NCBI GenBank assembly: GCA_027343785.1
Contig: DAHWKF010000022.1
Span: forward strand, 993-64,992
DNA from: Leptospirillum sp.
GTDB lineage: Bacteria; Nitrospirota; Leptospirillia; Leptospirillales; Leptospirillaceae
Direction: 5' to 3'
DNA: 64,000 nucleotides
Both the position numbers and the translations under genes were made by a program. Position 1 is the stretch's first letter. Each line of letters begins with the position of its first letter. The notes below the pieces were generated by a model that saw only the letters and a program-made list of their open reading frames with translations, searched no databases and was not told the DNA's origin. This document shows positions 27,771-37,511 of this stretch, one piece after another.

Positions 27771-29327
27771 ATGTCTGAAGAAAAAGGGAAATTTCCGGAC
27801 GGATCCGGTCAGTTTTCTCCAGGAATGCTGTCTGGTCATGTATTTGTGGAATCCTCATCCGGAGACGATTATCTTCGGGAAGCGTCTGTGATCAAAAATC
27901 GGGGAGGCCGTCTTGTCTCTCTCTGGGGAGACGCAGGGGAAAACGGTTTTTTATATTCGGTCTTTGCGGACGCGGAGGGCCTCCGGATTCTCCGGACGCT
28001 TGTCCGCCAGATCCCTCGTCCTTCTTTTCCGTCGATCGCTTTTTTGTTTCCCCTGGCTTCCCGCCTTGAAAGGACTGTGCGGGACCTTGCGGGATGGGAG
28101 CCTGAGGGGCTTTCGGATTTCAGGCCCTGGATCGACCATGGCCTGTGGTCAGGCCCTCCGCTCGCCGGAAAAGCGCTTCCCCCAAAAGGGCTCCCTTCAA
28201 AGGAGATCCGGGGGGAGGATTATCCGTATGTTGTTGTCCGCGGGGAAGGCGTTCACGAAATTCCCGTCGGACCAGTCCATGCCGGCATCATCGAGCCGGG
28301 ACATTTCCGTTTTCAGGTGGTGGGGGAAAAAGTCCTGAGGATGGAAGAACGACTCGGGTACACCCACAAGGGTATTCGAACCCTGATCCGGGGTCGAAGC
28401 ATGCAGGAGGCTTTTCCTCTGATCTCCCGGGTGTCGGGTGATTCCGCGGTCGCTTACCAGTGGGCATGGGCACAGGCTGTTGAGATGGCGACACAGACGG
28501 TGCCTCCTGATCGGGCGCTCTGGATCCGTTCCGTACTTCTGGAACGCGAACGGATAGCTAACCACCTCGGAGACCTGGGGGCGCTGGGAAACGATGCGGG
28601 ATTCGGTTTTGGCCTGGTCCAGTTTGGTCGGCTCAAGGAAGATTGGATTCGAAGGAACCAAGATGTTTTTGGCCACCGTTATCTGATGGACACCCTTGTA
28701 CCCGGGGGTGTCTCAAAGGATTTGGGTGACGCCGAAATACGCGCGATGCTGGACGACGTTCGGGCGCTCAAGCCTGAGCTCCTGTCTCTCAAGACCATTT
28801 ACGACGAACACGGCGGTCTCCAGGACCGCTTTTCCGAAACCGGATTTCTGGACCCCATGCTGGCAGGGCAATGGGGTCTGGGGGGAGTGGTCGGTCGGTC
28901 CAGTGGCCAGATGCTCGATCTCCGTCACGATCACCCCGTCCCGCCCTACGACCGGGAACGCGTTCCCGTCTCCATATCGCGGAGGGGTGATGTAGGCGCG
29001 CGGGTCCGTGTCCGTTTTCAGGAGATCCGGCATTCCCTGGCGTTTATTGAATCTGTTTTGCCGGCGTTGCCGGAAGGGCCGGCCAACGTGCCTCTGGAGA
29101 GGTGCGAATCCTTCCGCGAAGGGATAGGGTGGGTGGAAGGATTCAGGGGTGAAATTCTGGTGTGGGCGAGACTTGGTCCGGGCCATACGGTGGCCGACGC
29201 TCATTTTCACGATCCATCCTGGTTTTTGTGGCCGACGCTCGAGATGGTTGTCCCTGGGAACCTTGTGGCGGATTTCCCCCTGATCAACAAATCTTTCAAT
29301 GCGAGTTACAGCGGACATGACCTCTGA
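27771..29327 (+). CDS. HyfG/NuoCD-like large subunit lacking Ni-binding CxxC motifs
   Basis: GPVHAGIIEPGHFRF, GYTHKG, RVSGDS, DFPLINKSFNASYSGHDL. Confidence 0.88.
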   Translation: MSEEKGKFPDGSGQFSPGMLSGHVFVESSSGDDYLREASVIKNRGGRLVSLWGDAGENGFLYSVFADAEGLRILRTLVRQIPRPSFPSIAFLFPLASRLERTVRDLAGWEPEGLSDFRPWIDHGLWSGPPLAGKALPPKGLPSKEIRGEDYPYVVVRGEGVHEIPVGPVHAGIIEPGHFRFQVVGEKVLRMEERLGYTHKGIRTLIRGRSMQEAFPLISRVSGDSAVAYQWAWAQAVEMATQTVPPDRALWIRSVLLERERIANHLGDLGALGNDAGFGFGLVQFGRLKEDWIRRNQDVFGHRYLMDTLVPGGVSKDLGDAEIRAMLDDVRALKPELLSLKTIYDEHGGLQDRFSETGFLDPMLAGQWGLGGVVGRSSGQMLDLRHDHPVPPYDRERVPVSISRRGDVGARVRVRFQEIRHSLAFIESVLPALPEGPANVPLERCESFREGIGWVEGFRGEILVWARLGPGHTVADAHFHDPSWFLWPTLEMVVPGNLVADFPLINKSFNASYSGHDL

Positions 29328-29348
29328 ACCCGGAGGGAAGGAGGAGCC

Positions 29349-29858
29349 GTGTACAAGATCCTGCTGAAGATCCTGAGAACCCGTTTGTTGACGGAACCGT
29401 TGCCCGAGCCCTCATCGGATCCGCCCCGACCGCTTCTCCCCGTCACAGGAACCCTGGCGATCCGTCATGTCGATGCCGGTTCCTGCAACGCCTGCGAACT
29501 GGAACTGCATGCCCTGAACGGCTCGTATTACTCACCGGAACAATTGGGCGTCAGATTTGTTGCTTCCCCCCGTCATGCGGACCTTCTTCTGGTGACGGGT
29601 CCCGTGAGTTGTCACATGGAGCAGGCTCTCATCGATACGTATGACGCGATGCCCTTTCCCAAGGCGGTGATCGCCATCGGGGACTGTGCCAGAAACGGGG
29701 GGTGTTTTCGGGGAAGTTACGCTGTACGGGAAGGTGTTGCCTCCGTTCTCCCGGTCCTTTCCGTCGTGCCGGGATGTCCTCCCTCTCCCGCAGCCATCCT
29801 CTCGTCGCTGGAAGCGATTGTTCTCCCCGCCACCCCGTCCGTCCGTCAGATTCGCTAG
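29349..29858 (+). CDS. HyfI/NuoB-like Fe-S small subunit
   Basis: GSCNACELE, ASPRHAD, GDC, PGCPP. Confidence 0.9.
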   Translation: MYKILLKILRTRLLTEPLPEPSSDPPRPLLPVTGTLAIRHVDAGSCNACELELHALNGSYYSPEQLGVRFVASPRHADLLLVTGPVSCHMEQALIDTYDAMPFPKAVIAIGDCARNGGCFRGSYAVREGVASVLPVLSVVPGCPPSPAAILSSLEAIVLPATPSVRQIR

Positions 29859-30008
29859 CCCAAAGAGACGCAACGGATCGGACGGTCGTCGGATGCGGGC
29901 CTTTTGCATTTGTCTGAAATTTTTTGGTAGAATCTTTTTTTACTTTAATAAGTGACAAAGGTCCTGACGGACTGGTAGACGGGATTTTCAAAATAAGGTG
30001 GAAGCACA

Positions 30009-30329
30009 ATGGCTCAGTTTGCAGTTGTCCGGACGGGCGGAAAAATGTATCGGGTCTCCCCCGGCCAGGTTTTGGTTGTGGAACGGGTGGAAGGCGAGGG
30101 CGAGGTGACCCTGGGAGAGGTCCTGATGGTCTCCGATGAGCAGGGAACCTTGTTCGCCGAAGGAAACAAGGTTCTGCCCGTCACGGTGAAGGCGCGCATC
30201 ATCCGTCAGGAACGGGATGCAAAAATTATCGTCTTCAAGAAGAAAAAAAGAAAGAACTACCGGCGGAAACAAGGGCACCGGCAGGCAGTTTCCCGGATCC
30301 AGATTCTCGAAATTGTCCGAACGGCCTGA
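30009..30329 (+). CDS. rplU: 50S ribosomal protein L21
   Basis: AVVRTGGKMYRV, KKKKRKNYRRKQGHRQ. Confidence 0.97.
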   Translation: MAQFAVVRTGGKMYRVSPGQVLVVERVEGEGEVTLGEVLMVSDEQGTLFAEGNKVLPVTVKARIIRQERDAKIIVFKKKKRKNYRRKQGHRQAVSRIQILEIVRTA

Positions 30330-30367
30330 AAACAGTACCAGAATATCCGGAAAGTGGGGAAACCTGA

Positions 30368-30646
30368 ATGGCTCATAAGAAAGGGGTGGGATCCACCCGA
30401 AACGGACGTGACAGCGAATCCAAGCGTTTGGGCGTCAAGCGCCATGACGGGCAGCTTGTTCTGGCCGGAAATATCCTCGTCAGGCAAAGAGGAACCCAGT
30501 TCTATCCTGGAGACAATGTCGGGATGGGTCGGGATTACACCCTCTTCGCCAAGGAAACCGGAACGGTCAAGTTTTCCCGGTGGGGGCGCGACAGAAAGAA
30601 AATCCACATTGTACCCGTGCAGCCGGAAGTGACTTCGGTCCACTGA
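30368..30646 (+). CDS. rpmA: 50S ribosomal protein L27
   Basis: [16 protein letters not shown]. Confidence 0.98.
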   Translation: MAHKKGVGSTRNGRDSESKRLGVKRHDGQLVLAGNILVRQRGTQFYPGDNVGMGRDYTLFAKETGTVKFSRWGRDRKKIHIVPVQPEVTSVH

Positions 30647-30676
30647 CGATCTTTTTTCCCGGACAGGAACCCAGCC

Positions 30677-31759
30677 ATGCCCCAGTTTGTCGATGAAGCC
30701 CGGATTTTTGTCGAATCGGGAAAGGGCGGTCATGGCTGTGTGTCATTCCGCCGGGAAAAGTATGTTCCCCGGGGAGGTCCGGACGGAGGAGACGGAGGAA
30801 GGGGGGGGCATGTTGTATTTGTGGGTACCCCCAGAAAGTCGACTCTCCTGGATTTCAAGCATCGTCCCATCCTGAAAGCCCAGGCCGGAGAAGCGGGCCG
30901 GGGAAAGAAGCAGCATGGTTCGAACGGCAGGTCTCTCGTGCTTGAGGTTCCGCTGGGAACGCAGATCTTTGACGATGAGACGGGCAATCTTCTTTTTGAC
31001 CTGACGACTCCGGAAGTGCAGGTGGTTGTCGCAAAGGGCGGAAAGGGGGGCAGGGGTAACGTCCATTTTGCAACTTCGACCCGCCAGACGCCCGATTTTG
31101 CCGAACCGGGCGGAGAGTCCCAGTCCTACCAGATTCGTCTGGAACTGAAGCTGATGGCCCGCGTGGGCCTTGTGGGTTTCCCGAACGCCGGCAAATCCAC
31201 ATTCCTTTCCCGTGTTACCAAAGCCCATCCCCGCATAGCCGCATATCCTTTTACGACCCTCCACCCCCATCTGGGTGTTCTGGTCATGGGAACGCCTCCG
31301 GACGAACGGGAAATCGTGATCGCCGACCTTCCCGGCCTGATCGAAGGAGCGCATGAGGGAAAAGGTTTGGGCATCCAGTTCCTGAAACATGTGGAACGGA
31401 CAGAGATGTTGCTCCATTTTGTGGATCTGTCGGCCGAGAACACCCACAGTCCCGTAGACGCGTACAGGATTGTTCGTAACGAGCTGGTCTCGTTCAGTCC
31501 CGATTTGGCCTCAAAACCGGTCATTCTTGTCGGAACGAAAAAGGATGCGGCTGATCCCGAAAGGCTGGACCAGTTTTCCGCATTTCTTGAACGGGAAAAA
31601 CGACCGCTCCTTTTCATATCCTCCCACACCGGGGAGGGCCTGCCGGCTCTCCTGTCCCTTCTGGCAGACACCCTCCCGTCCACGCCACCGTCACCGGACT
31701 CCCCCGACGAGGAGGAGCCATTGCCCGGTCTCAGTGAGATAGGGATTCGTTCGACATGA
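30677..31759 (+). CDS. obgE: GTPase ObgE
   Basis: FRREKYVPRGGPDGGDGG, GFPNAGKST, DLPGLIEGA. Confidence 0.97.
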   Translation: MPQFVDEARIFVESGKGGHGCVSFRREKYVPRGGPDGGDGGRGGHVVFVGTPRKSTLLDFKHRPILKAQAGEAGRGKKQHGSNGRSLVLEVPLGTQIFDDETGNLLFDLTTPEVQVVVAKGGKGGRGNVHFATSTRQTPDFAEPGGESQSYQIRLELKLMARVGLVGFPNAGKSTFLSRVTKAHPRIAAYPFTTLHPHLGVLVMGTPPDEREIVIADLPGLIEGAHEGKGLGIQFLKHVERTEMLLHFVDLSAENTHSPVDAYRIVRNELVSFSPDLASKPVILVGTKKDAADPERLDQFSAFLEREKRPLLFISSHTGEGLPALLSLLADTLPSTPPSPDSPDEEEPLPGLSEIGIRST

Positions 31760-32901
31760 TCGCCACGAATGCGGCGGAGACAATGCGAACGCCGGTTCTC
31801 TCGTCTGTCAAGACCCTCGTCCTGAAAGTCGGTAGCACGGTTCTGGCTTCGGCCAGCGATGGAGTGGACAGCCGGATGCTGGGGGTCATTGCCCGTCAGG
31901 TATCATGGCTCCGATCCAGAGGGATACGGGTCGTCATCGTTTCAAGTGGCGCCATTGCCGCAGGGAGAATGAAGCTCTCGCTCGGAAAAAAGTCGTTGAC
32001 CCTCGCCATGAAACAGGCGGCGGCGTCTGTTGGACAGAGCCGTCTGATGTGGGGATATGAAAGGGCCTTTTCTCGTCACAGACTGATGGTTTCCCAGGTT
32101 CTCCTGACGCCTCGGGACGTTGTCAACAGAAACCGTTTCATCAATTTGGAGAGGACGCTCGAAACGTTACTTTCCCTTGGAGTCGTTCCGGTTGTCAACG
32201 AAAACGATTCCGTCGCCACAGAGGAAATCCGCTTTGGTGACAACGACCGCCTTTCCGCGCTCGTAGCCGGGACGGTGAAGGCCGGGCTCCTTTTGATCCT
32301 GTCGGATGTTGACGGACTGTTTACGGCCGACCCATCCCGTGACCCTAAGGCGATTCGAATTCCACACGTCGACCGCGTTGTTCCGGAAATCGCGAAACTG
32401 GCCGGGGTGACCCGCTCGGGTCTGGGTACAGGCGGAATGGCTTCCAAGGTCATGACGGCCAGGTGGGCCAACCAGTGGGGACTTCCTGTCGGCATCGTCA
32501 ATGGTCGTGAAAGCGCTCCGGTCGAGCGGTTTTTTCAGGGGGAAGGAACTCTTTTTTGTGCGAACGGACCGCTTTGGCCGGCTAAAAAAGTCTGGATCGG
32601 TTTTTTCTCCGAACCGGCGGGAGACCTGATACTGGATGATGGTGCCCTTGAAGCCCTGTCTCGTGGAAAATCCAGCCTTCTCGCGGGTGGAGTGTCCAGA
32701 TTGGAAGGACGGTTTGAGCCCGGAGACGTGGTGAGGCTACTTGATGAAACCGGCAGGGAGCTCGGTCGGGGAATCTCCCGGATATCTTCCGAAGAAATGG
32801 CTGTCTGGGCAAATGGGGGGAAAAAAGGCGCCCGATCTGTGGATTCCTGGCCTCTGGCTGTGCACAGGAACGCCATGACTCTTTGGGCGAGAGAGGAGTG
32901 A
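31756..32901 (+). CDS. proB: Glutamate 5-kinase
   Basis: VLKVGS, NENDSV, FGDND, GTGGMASK; PUA domain. Confidence 0.96.
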   Translation: MIATNAAETMRTPVLSSVKTLVLKVGSTVLASASDGVDSRMLGVIARQVSWLRSRGIRVVIVSSGAIAAGRMKLSLGKKSLTLAMKQAAASVGQSRLMWGYERAFSRHRLMVSQVLLTPRDVVNRNRFINLERTLETLLSLGVVPVVNENDSVATEEIRFGDNDRLSALVAGTVKAGLLLILSDVDGLFTADPSRDPKAIRIPHVDRVVPEIAKLAGVTRSGLGTGGMASKVMTARWANQWGLPVGIVNGRESAPVERFFQGEGTLFCANGPLWPAKKVWIGFFSEPAGDLILDDGALEALSRGKSSLLAGGVSRLEGRFEPGDVVRLLDETGRELGRGISRISSEEMAVWANGGKKGARSVDSWPLAVHRNAMTLWAREE

Positions 32902-32907
32902 TTGTTG

Positions 32908-34173
32908 ATGGATCGTTCATATGACAAAAACGCCCTTGAAACCATTCTCAAGGATTCCCGGATGGCCTTTCACAGAACGCAAATCCTGAAAACAAAACAG
33001 AAAAATGCTGTTCTCATGCGGTTATCCGGTCTGCTTCAGAAAGAAAAAGAGCGTATCCGCCATGAAAATCAGAAAGATTATTCAAAAGCGCTCGAACGGG
33101 GTCTGGAACCGGCGTTGTGCGACAGGCTTCTCCTGACAGACGGCCGATACGGGCAGATGGTTCAGGGTCTTATGGATGTCTGCGCCCTTCCGGATCCTGT
33201 CGGTCGTTCTGTCGACAGATGGATGAATGCCGATGGGCTCCTGATCGAAAAAGTCAGGGTTCCTCTTGGTGTGGTGGGCGTTATCTATGAATCCCGGCCG
33301 AACGTGACAGTGGAGGTGTTTTCCCTCTGTCTCAAGGCCGGATGCTGTGTTGTCCTCAGGGGTGGATCAGAAGCCCTGTCTTCGAACCAGGCGCTCGCAG
33401 ACCTGATCCGTCAGTCGCTGGAGGAGGAAGGGGTTCCAGCGGCCGCCGCATCGTTCCTGCCCTGGGTGGATCGGCAGGCGGTGGTGGATCTCCTGGAAAA
33501 CAGCGGACTCGATGTCATCATACCCCGGGGAGGGGCGGGCCTGATGAGGCTGGTCGGAGAACATGCCCGGGTTCCTGTATTAAAACATGACCAGGGAATT
33601 TGCCACATCTATGTCGGCGCATCCGCGGACCCAGACAAGGCGCTCGCCGTCGTTCTGAACGCCAAGACAAGCCGTCCGTCGACCTGCAACGCGATGGAGA
33701 CGCTGCTCGTTCATTCATCGCATCGTGAGACGCTCTTGCCGAGGATTGTTGGCGCCCTCCGGGAGAAAGAGGTGCTGATTTACGGTTGTCCAGAGACCCG
33801 AAAACTGGGAGAAGGGATCCAGCCGGCGTCTCCGGACACTTACAGGACGGAGTTTCTGGATCTCACGCTCAATGTCCGGCTGGTCGACAGCCTGGACGAT
33901 GCCATTCTCCACATACGGGAATACGGGTCGGGACACACCGACGCGATCCTGACCCGTGATCTGCTGGAAGCGGACCGTTTTCAGGAAGAGGTCGACTCAT
34001 CGTGCGTGATGGTTAACGCATCCACCCGCCTCCATGACGGATTCGCGTTCGGACTGGGAGCGGAGGTGGGGATCAGCACATCCCGCGTCCATGCTCGGGG
34101 TACGATGGGGTTGCAGGAGCTGACCACCACAAAATACCTTGTCCGGGGAAACGGCCATCTGAGGAACGCCTGA
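32908..34173 (+). CDS. proA: Gamma-glutamyl phosphate reductase
   Basis: VPLGVVGVIYESRPNVT, CNAMETLL, GAEVGIST. Confidence 0.96.
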   Translation: MDRSYDKNALETILKDSRMAFHRTQILKTKQKNAVLMRLSGLLQKEKERIRHENQKDYSKALERGLEPALCDRLLLTDGRYGQMVQGLMDVCALPDPVGRSVDRWMNADGLLIEKVRVPLGVVGVIYESRPNVTVEVFSLCLKAGCCVVLRGGSEALSSNQALADLIRQSLEEEGVPAAAASFLPWVDRQAVVDLLENSGLDVIIPRGGAGLMRLVGEHARVPVLKHDQGICHIYVGASADPDKALAVVLNAKTSRPSTCNAMETLLVHSSHRETLLPRIVGALREKEVLIYGCPETRKLGEGIQPASPDTYRTEFLDLTLNVRLVDSLDDAILHIREYGSGHTDAILTRDLLEADRFQEEVDSSCVMVNASTRLHDGFAFGLGAEVGISTSRVHARGTMGLQELTTTKYLVRGNGHLRNA

Positions 34174-34199
34174 CTGACCGGAGGACGACGAAGGTGCCG

Positions 34200-34910
34200 A
34201 TGCCGAAAACCGCCCTTTTTGGTGGGGCTTTCAATCCGGTCCACCTTGGCCACATTGCCCTCGCCCGATTCCTGACGGACAGGCTGGATCTTGAGAAAAT
34301 CGTTTTCGTTCCCGTCGGAAAGCCGGCCCATCGCAATCTTCCTGATGATCCGGGATGCCCGGAACGGATGAAGATGCTGGGTATGGCCATTTCGGGGGAG
34401 TCCAGGTGGTCGCTTTCCGGTTTTGAATGCCGTTCGCCGGATGTTTCTTATACCGTCCGGACGGTGGAGGCGCTCTTTCCCGAGGACAGGCCGTGGCTGA
34501 TTCTGGGTTCGGACGCGTTTTTCGGGTTTGATTCGTGGTTTGAACCGGAACGCCTGCTGGAGAGGGTCCATCTTCTGGTGGCTTTCCGTCCGGGTGACAC
34601 GACAGCGCGAATACAGGCCGGCATCGACCGGTTGTCCGGTTTTGGGCTGGGACCGGTGACCTTGCCGTTATCCGATCTTTCATTACAGCCGGAGATTGTT
34701 GTCGATTCATTTCGCCAGGGGGACAGGGAGACGTATTTCGCTTTTGTCCGCCCCGGGACCCCGGATTTTTCATCGTCCATGGTCAGATCCGCCATACGGC
34801 AGGAACAACCCTTCGGTGAGTTCTTGCCAGCACATGTCAAATCCTATATCGTTGAGAAAGGACTATATGGAGCATCCCACAGCAGAGTCCGGAGCCGCTC
34901 CGGACTCTGA
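34200..34910 (+). CDS. nadD: Nicotinate-nucleotide adenylyltransferase
   Basis: GGAFNPVHLGH, SYT, LGSD, YIVEKGLY; synteny. Confidence 0.9.
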   Translation: MPKTALFGGAFNPVHLGHIALARFLTDRLDLEKIVFVPVGKPAHRNLPDDPGCPERMKMLGMAISGESRWSLSGFECRSPDVSYTVRTVEALFPEDRPWLILGSDAFFGFDSWFEPERLLERVHLLVAFRPGDTTARIQAGIDRLSGFGLGPVTLPLSDLSLQPEIVVDSFRQGDRETYFAFVRPGTPDFSSSMVRSAIRQEQPFGEFLPAHVKSYIVEKGLYGASHSRVRSRSGL

Positions 34911-35421
34911 GAACGCCGGTTTCACAACCTCATTACGGGAGTTCCTTCTGGACAGGGAAAAGGCCCCCCGAAAGGAAACGGACGCTGAGACCCGAGAACG
35001 TGCGGAAAGGATGGCCCTCTTCCTTCAGGAAAAGAAGGTGCATTCGGTCTGGCTTCTCTTCCCCGGAGAGGCCTGCGCTTATTCGGATTTTCTGATTCTG
35101 GGAGATGTTGAACACGAACGCCACAGGGACGCCGTCCTCGATGCCCTGGACGGCCATTTTTCACGCAGGGGTGAACCGTTCCGGGCCGAAAAAGGAAGCC
35201 TGTGGACGCTGGTCGATTTCAACTCCGTTATCATCCACCTGTTCCTGAACGGTGGTCGATCCCTGTATCGCCTGGAAGACCTTTTTCCCGAAGCCCCCAT
35301 GTATGTCCTCGATGAAGAAGGTCGTCTCCATGATGTTCCTCCGGAAAAAAGGCCTTTGCCTGACATGACTGACGGAGGCTCCCGGAGACCGGCCCAGCCT
35401 CTGCGCCACCCGAGCGTCTGA
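34867..35421 (+). CDS. rsfS: Ribosome silencing factor RsfS (Iojap), divergent
   Basis: WTLVDFNSVIIHLF...R..YRLEDL; follows nadD. Confidence 0.8.
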   Translation: MEHPTAESGAAPDSENAGFTTSLREFLLDREKAPRKETDAETRERAERMALFLQEKKVHSVWLLFPGEACAYSDFLILGDVEHERHRDAVLDALDGHFSRRGEPFRAEKGSLWTLVDFNSVIIHLFLNGGRSLYRLEDLFPEAPMYVLDEEGRLHDVPPEKRPLPDMTDGGSRRPAQPLRHPSV

Positions 35422-36827
35422 TGACCCGATTCCTCCTGCTTGTCCTCCTGTTATCCCTGGTTTTCATCGTCAAGCTCTTTGAGTGGAACCCCGCTTCCGT
35501 GACATTCACCTATTTTCCGGGTCACGCCATGAACGTGCCCGTCGTGGTGCTGTTTGTTCTCTCACTGGGTGTTGGCGCGGGATTTGTCATGGTTGTCCAC
35601 GGTACGGGAGATTTCTTGAGGTGGCTCAGGAGCCTTGACGAGACCCGGGAGGAAAAACGGGAAGAAAAGGTGACGGCCTTGTGGAAAAAGGTTCGGGAGG
35701 AGCTGAACCGCTCCCATATCCCTCAGGCCTTGTCCCTGCTGGAAAGGCTTGTCACAATCTATCCCAACCATATCGAAGCCCTTCTTCTTTTGGGGAATCT
35801 CCGGCGCGCTTCCGGAGACACGTCCGGTGCGATCCGGCTCCACAGGCGAGCGAGAGTCTTCGACGAGGAGGATGTCCGGCTCATCCTGAGCTTGTGCGAA
35901 GATTATCGCCAGGCATCCCGTTTCGACGATGAACTGGCGCTCCTTGGAGAATACTTCCGTAAAAAGGAAGGCCGGAATGTGGAGATTCTCGAAAGATACC
36001 GGGATCGGCTGGTGTTTATGAAGAAGTGGGAAGAAGCCCTCTCCGTCCAGTCGGTCCTTTCGCGATCACTGGCAAAGGGAGAACGCAGGGATCTGGAAGT
36101 CGCGACGCTTGTGGGCATCCGCTTCGAAACGGGTTGCCTTCACCTCGATCGTGGAGAGACAGAACTGGCCCGCCGGTCCTTCCGGGGAGCTCTCAAGATT
36201 GATCCCCAGTTTTCACCCGCGAGGATAGGCTTGGCCGAAGCTCAGGCCCAGGAGGGAAGGCTTTCAGAAGCATTCGCTACCCTGGAAGAAGGGTATGAAA
36301 AAGACAAGGATCTGGTCTATCTCTACCGTCTTGAGGAAATGGTCCTCGAAGCCGGGTCTCCGGAACGTATCCTCACCGCTGTTGAACGGGCGGTGGCCGG
36401 AGATCCGCAAAATTCTTCACTGCTCTATGTCCAGGCCCGGCTGTTCGATCGCCTGATGATGGTCGACCTGGCGCTGGACAGAATGGAATCCCTTGAAGGA
36501 AGGGAGAATTGGGAAGGAGAATTTTACCGTCTGCTTGGTGATCTGTATCTGCGTAACAAGGATCGTTCGAGCGCGCTGGAAGCTTTCCAGAAAGGAACGC
36601 ATGCCGAAAATCACCCCGGCCGTCTCCATTGCCGACAGTGTTTCCGGCGACTCGTTCGATGGAGCGGCCGCTGCCCTTCCTGTGCCCGATGGGGTTTTGT
36701 GACGCTCCATCCCGGTTATGTTTTAACGCCTTCGATTCCGGAGCAATCCGCGGATGGCCGGAGGGGGAAAGGATTTCCTCTGGCGGATCCGACAATCGAT
36801 GCCTATTCGCTCGGTCAATCCGGCTGA
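35421..36827 (+). CDS. LapA-LapB-like fused TPR membrane protein
   Basis: Two N-terminal TM helices, TPRs (AIRLH), C-terminal CRQC...WSGRCPSCARW. Confidence 0.75.
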   Translation: MTRFLLLVLLLSLVFIVKLFEWNPASVTFTYFPGHAMNVPVVVLFVLSLGVGAGFVMVVHGTGDFLRWLRSLDETREEKREEKVTALWKKVREELNRSHIPQALSLLERLVTIYPNHIEALLLLGNLRRASGDTSGAIRLHRRARVFDEEDVRLILSLCEDYRQASRFDDELALLGEYFRKKEGRNVEILERYRDRLVFMKKWEEALSVQSVLSRSLAKGERRDLEVATLVGIRFETGCLHLDRGETELARRSFRGALKIDPQFSPARIGLAEAQAQEGRLSEAFATLEEGYEKDKDLVYLYRLEEMVLEAGSPERILTAVERAVAGDPQNSSLLYVQARLFDRLMMVDLALDRMESLEGRENWEGEFYRLLGDLYLRNKDRSSALEAFQKGTHAENHPGRLHCRQCFRRLVRWSGRCPSCARWGFVTLHPGYVLTPSIPEQSADGRRGKGFPLADPTIDAYSLGQSG

Positions 36828-36866
36828 TTCCCTGGCCGGTACCCCCTCTATCGGGAATCTTCCGTC

Positions 36867-37511
36867 ATGTTCTCTGGACTGTTTTGCCCGCTATGCCAGG
36901 CGCTTTCCCGGACGGGAACGCCACTTTGCAAGGGATGTCTTGATATGTTTGACCGTGAGGCCAGGCGGATGCCGGCCTCGCGTTCCACTGCATCCGGGTG
37001 CACGGTTCAGGGTTTTTTTCGCTACCAGGGAATTTCCAGGGATATCTTCCATATGGCCAAGTTCTCCGGCCACCGATCCCTGGGGGATTTTCTGATTTCG
37101 CGAGGGCTGGAGAGGATCCCCGCCATGGAAAAGGTGAGTCTCTGGGTTCCTGTTCCGCCGGATCACGGTCGCCTTCTTCAGAGAGGTCTTTCTATTCCTG
37201 ACCGGATGGCCTGGCGTCTGAGCCGGTTGACGGACATTCCCTGCCATCTGGACGGGGAACCCCCTTTGCCAGGGTCGGAGCAGAAATCGATGTCGCGACA
37301 TTTGAGGGCGCAACGGTATGCCGGCCGCTGGGGGAAGCCTCTCTGGAAGCGAGCCGGGAAAAAAATTTCGGGAGTGGTGATCGTCGATGACCTTGTAACG
37401 ACGGGGGAGACCCTTTCCTCTTTCGAAAGCTCCCTGGTGGACCAGGGAGCGACTGTCTTGTACGCCGTCGCGTTGTTTGATGCTCCATTGCGCCTTGGGG
37501 AGGAAGCCTGA
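36867..37511 (+). CDS. ComF-family phosphoribosyltransferase
   Basis: CPLC/CKGC, VPVP, VIVDDLVTTGET. Confidence 0.82.
   Translation: MFSGLFCPLCQALSRTGTPLCKGCLDMFDREARRMPASRSTASGCTVQGFFRYQGISRDIFHMAKFSGHRSLGDFLISRGLERIPAMEKVSLWVPVPPDHGRLLQRGLSIPDRMAWRLSRLTDIPCHLDGEPPLPGSEQKSMSRHLRAQRYAGRWGKPLWKRAGKKISGVVIVDDLVTTGETLSSFESSLVDQGATVLYAVALFDAPLRLGEEA

Noticed and set aside
27771..29327. True NiFe hydrogenase large subunit
   Set aside because: Both Ni-ligating CxxC motifs are absent.
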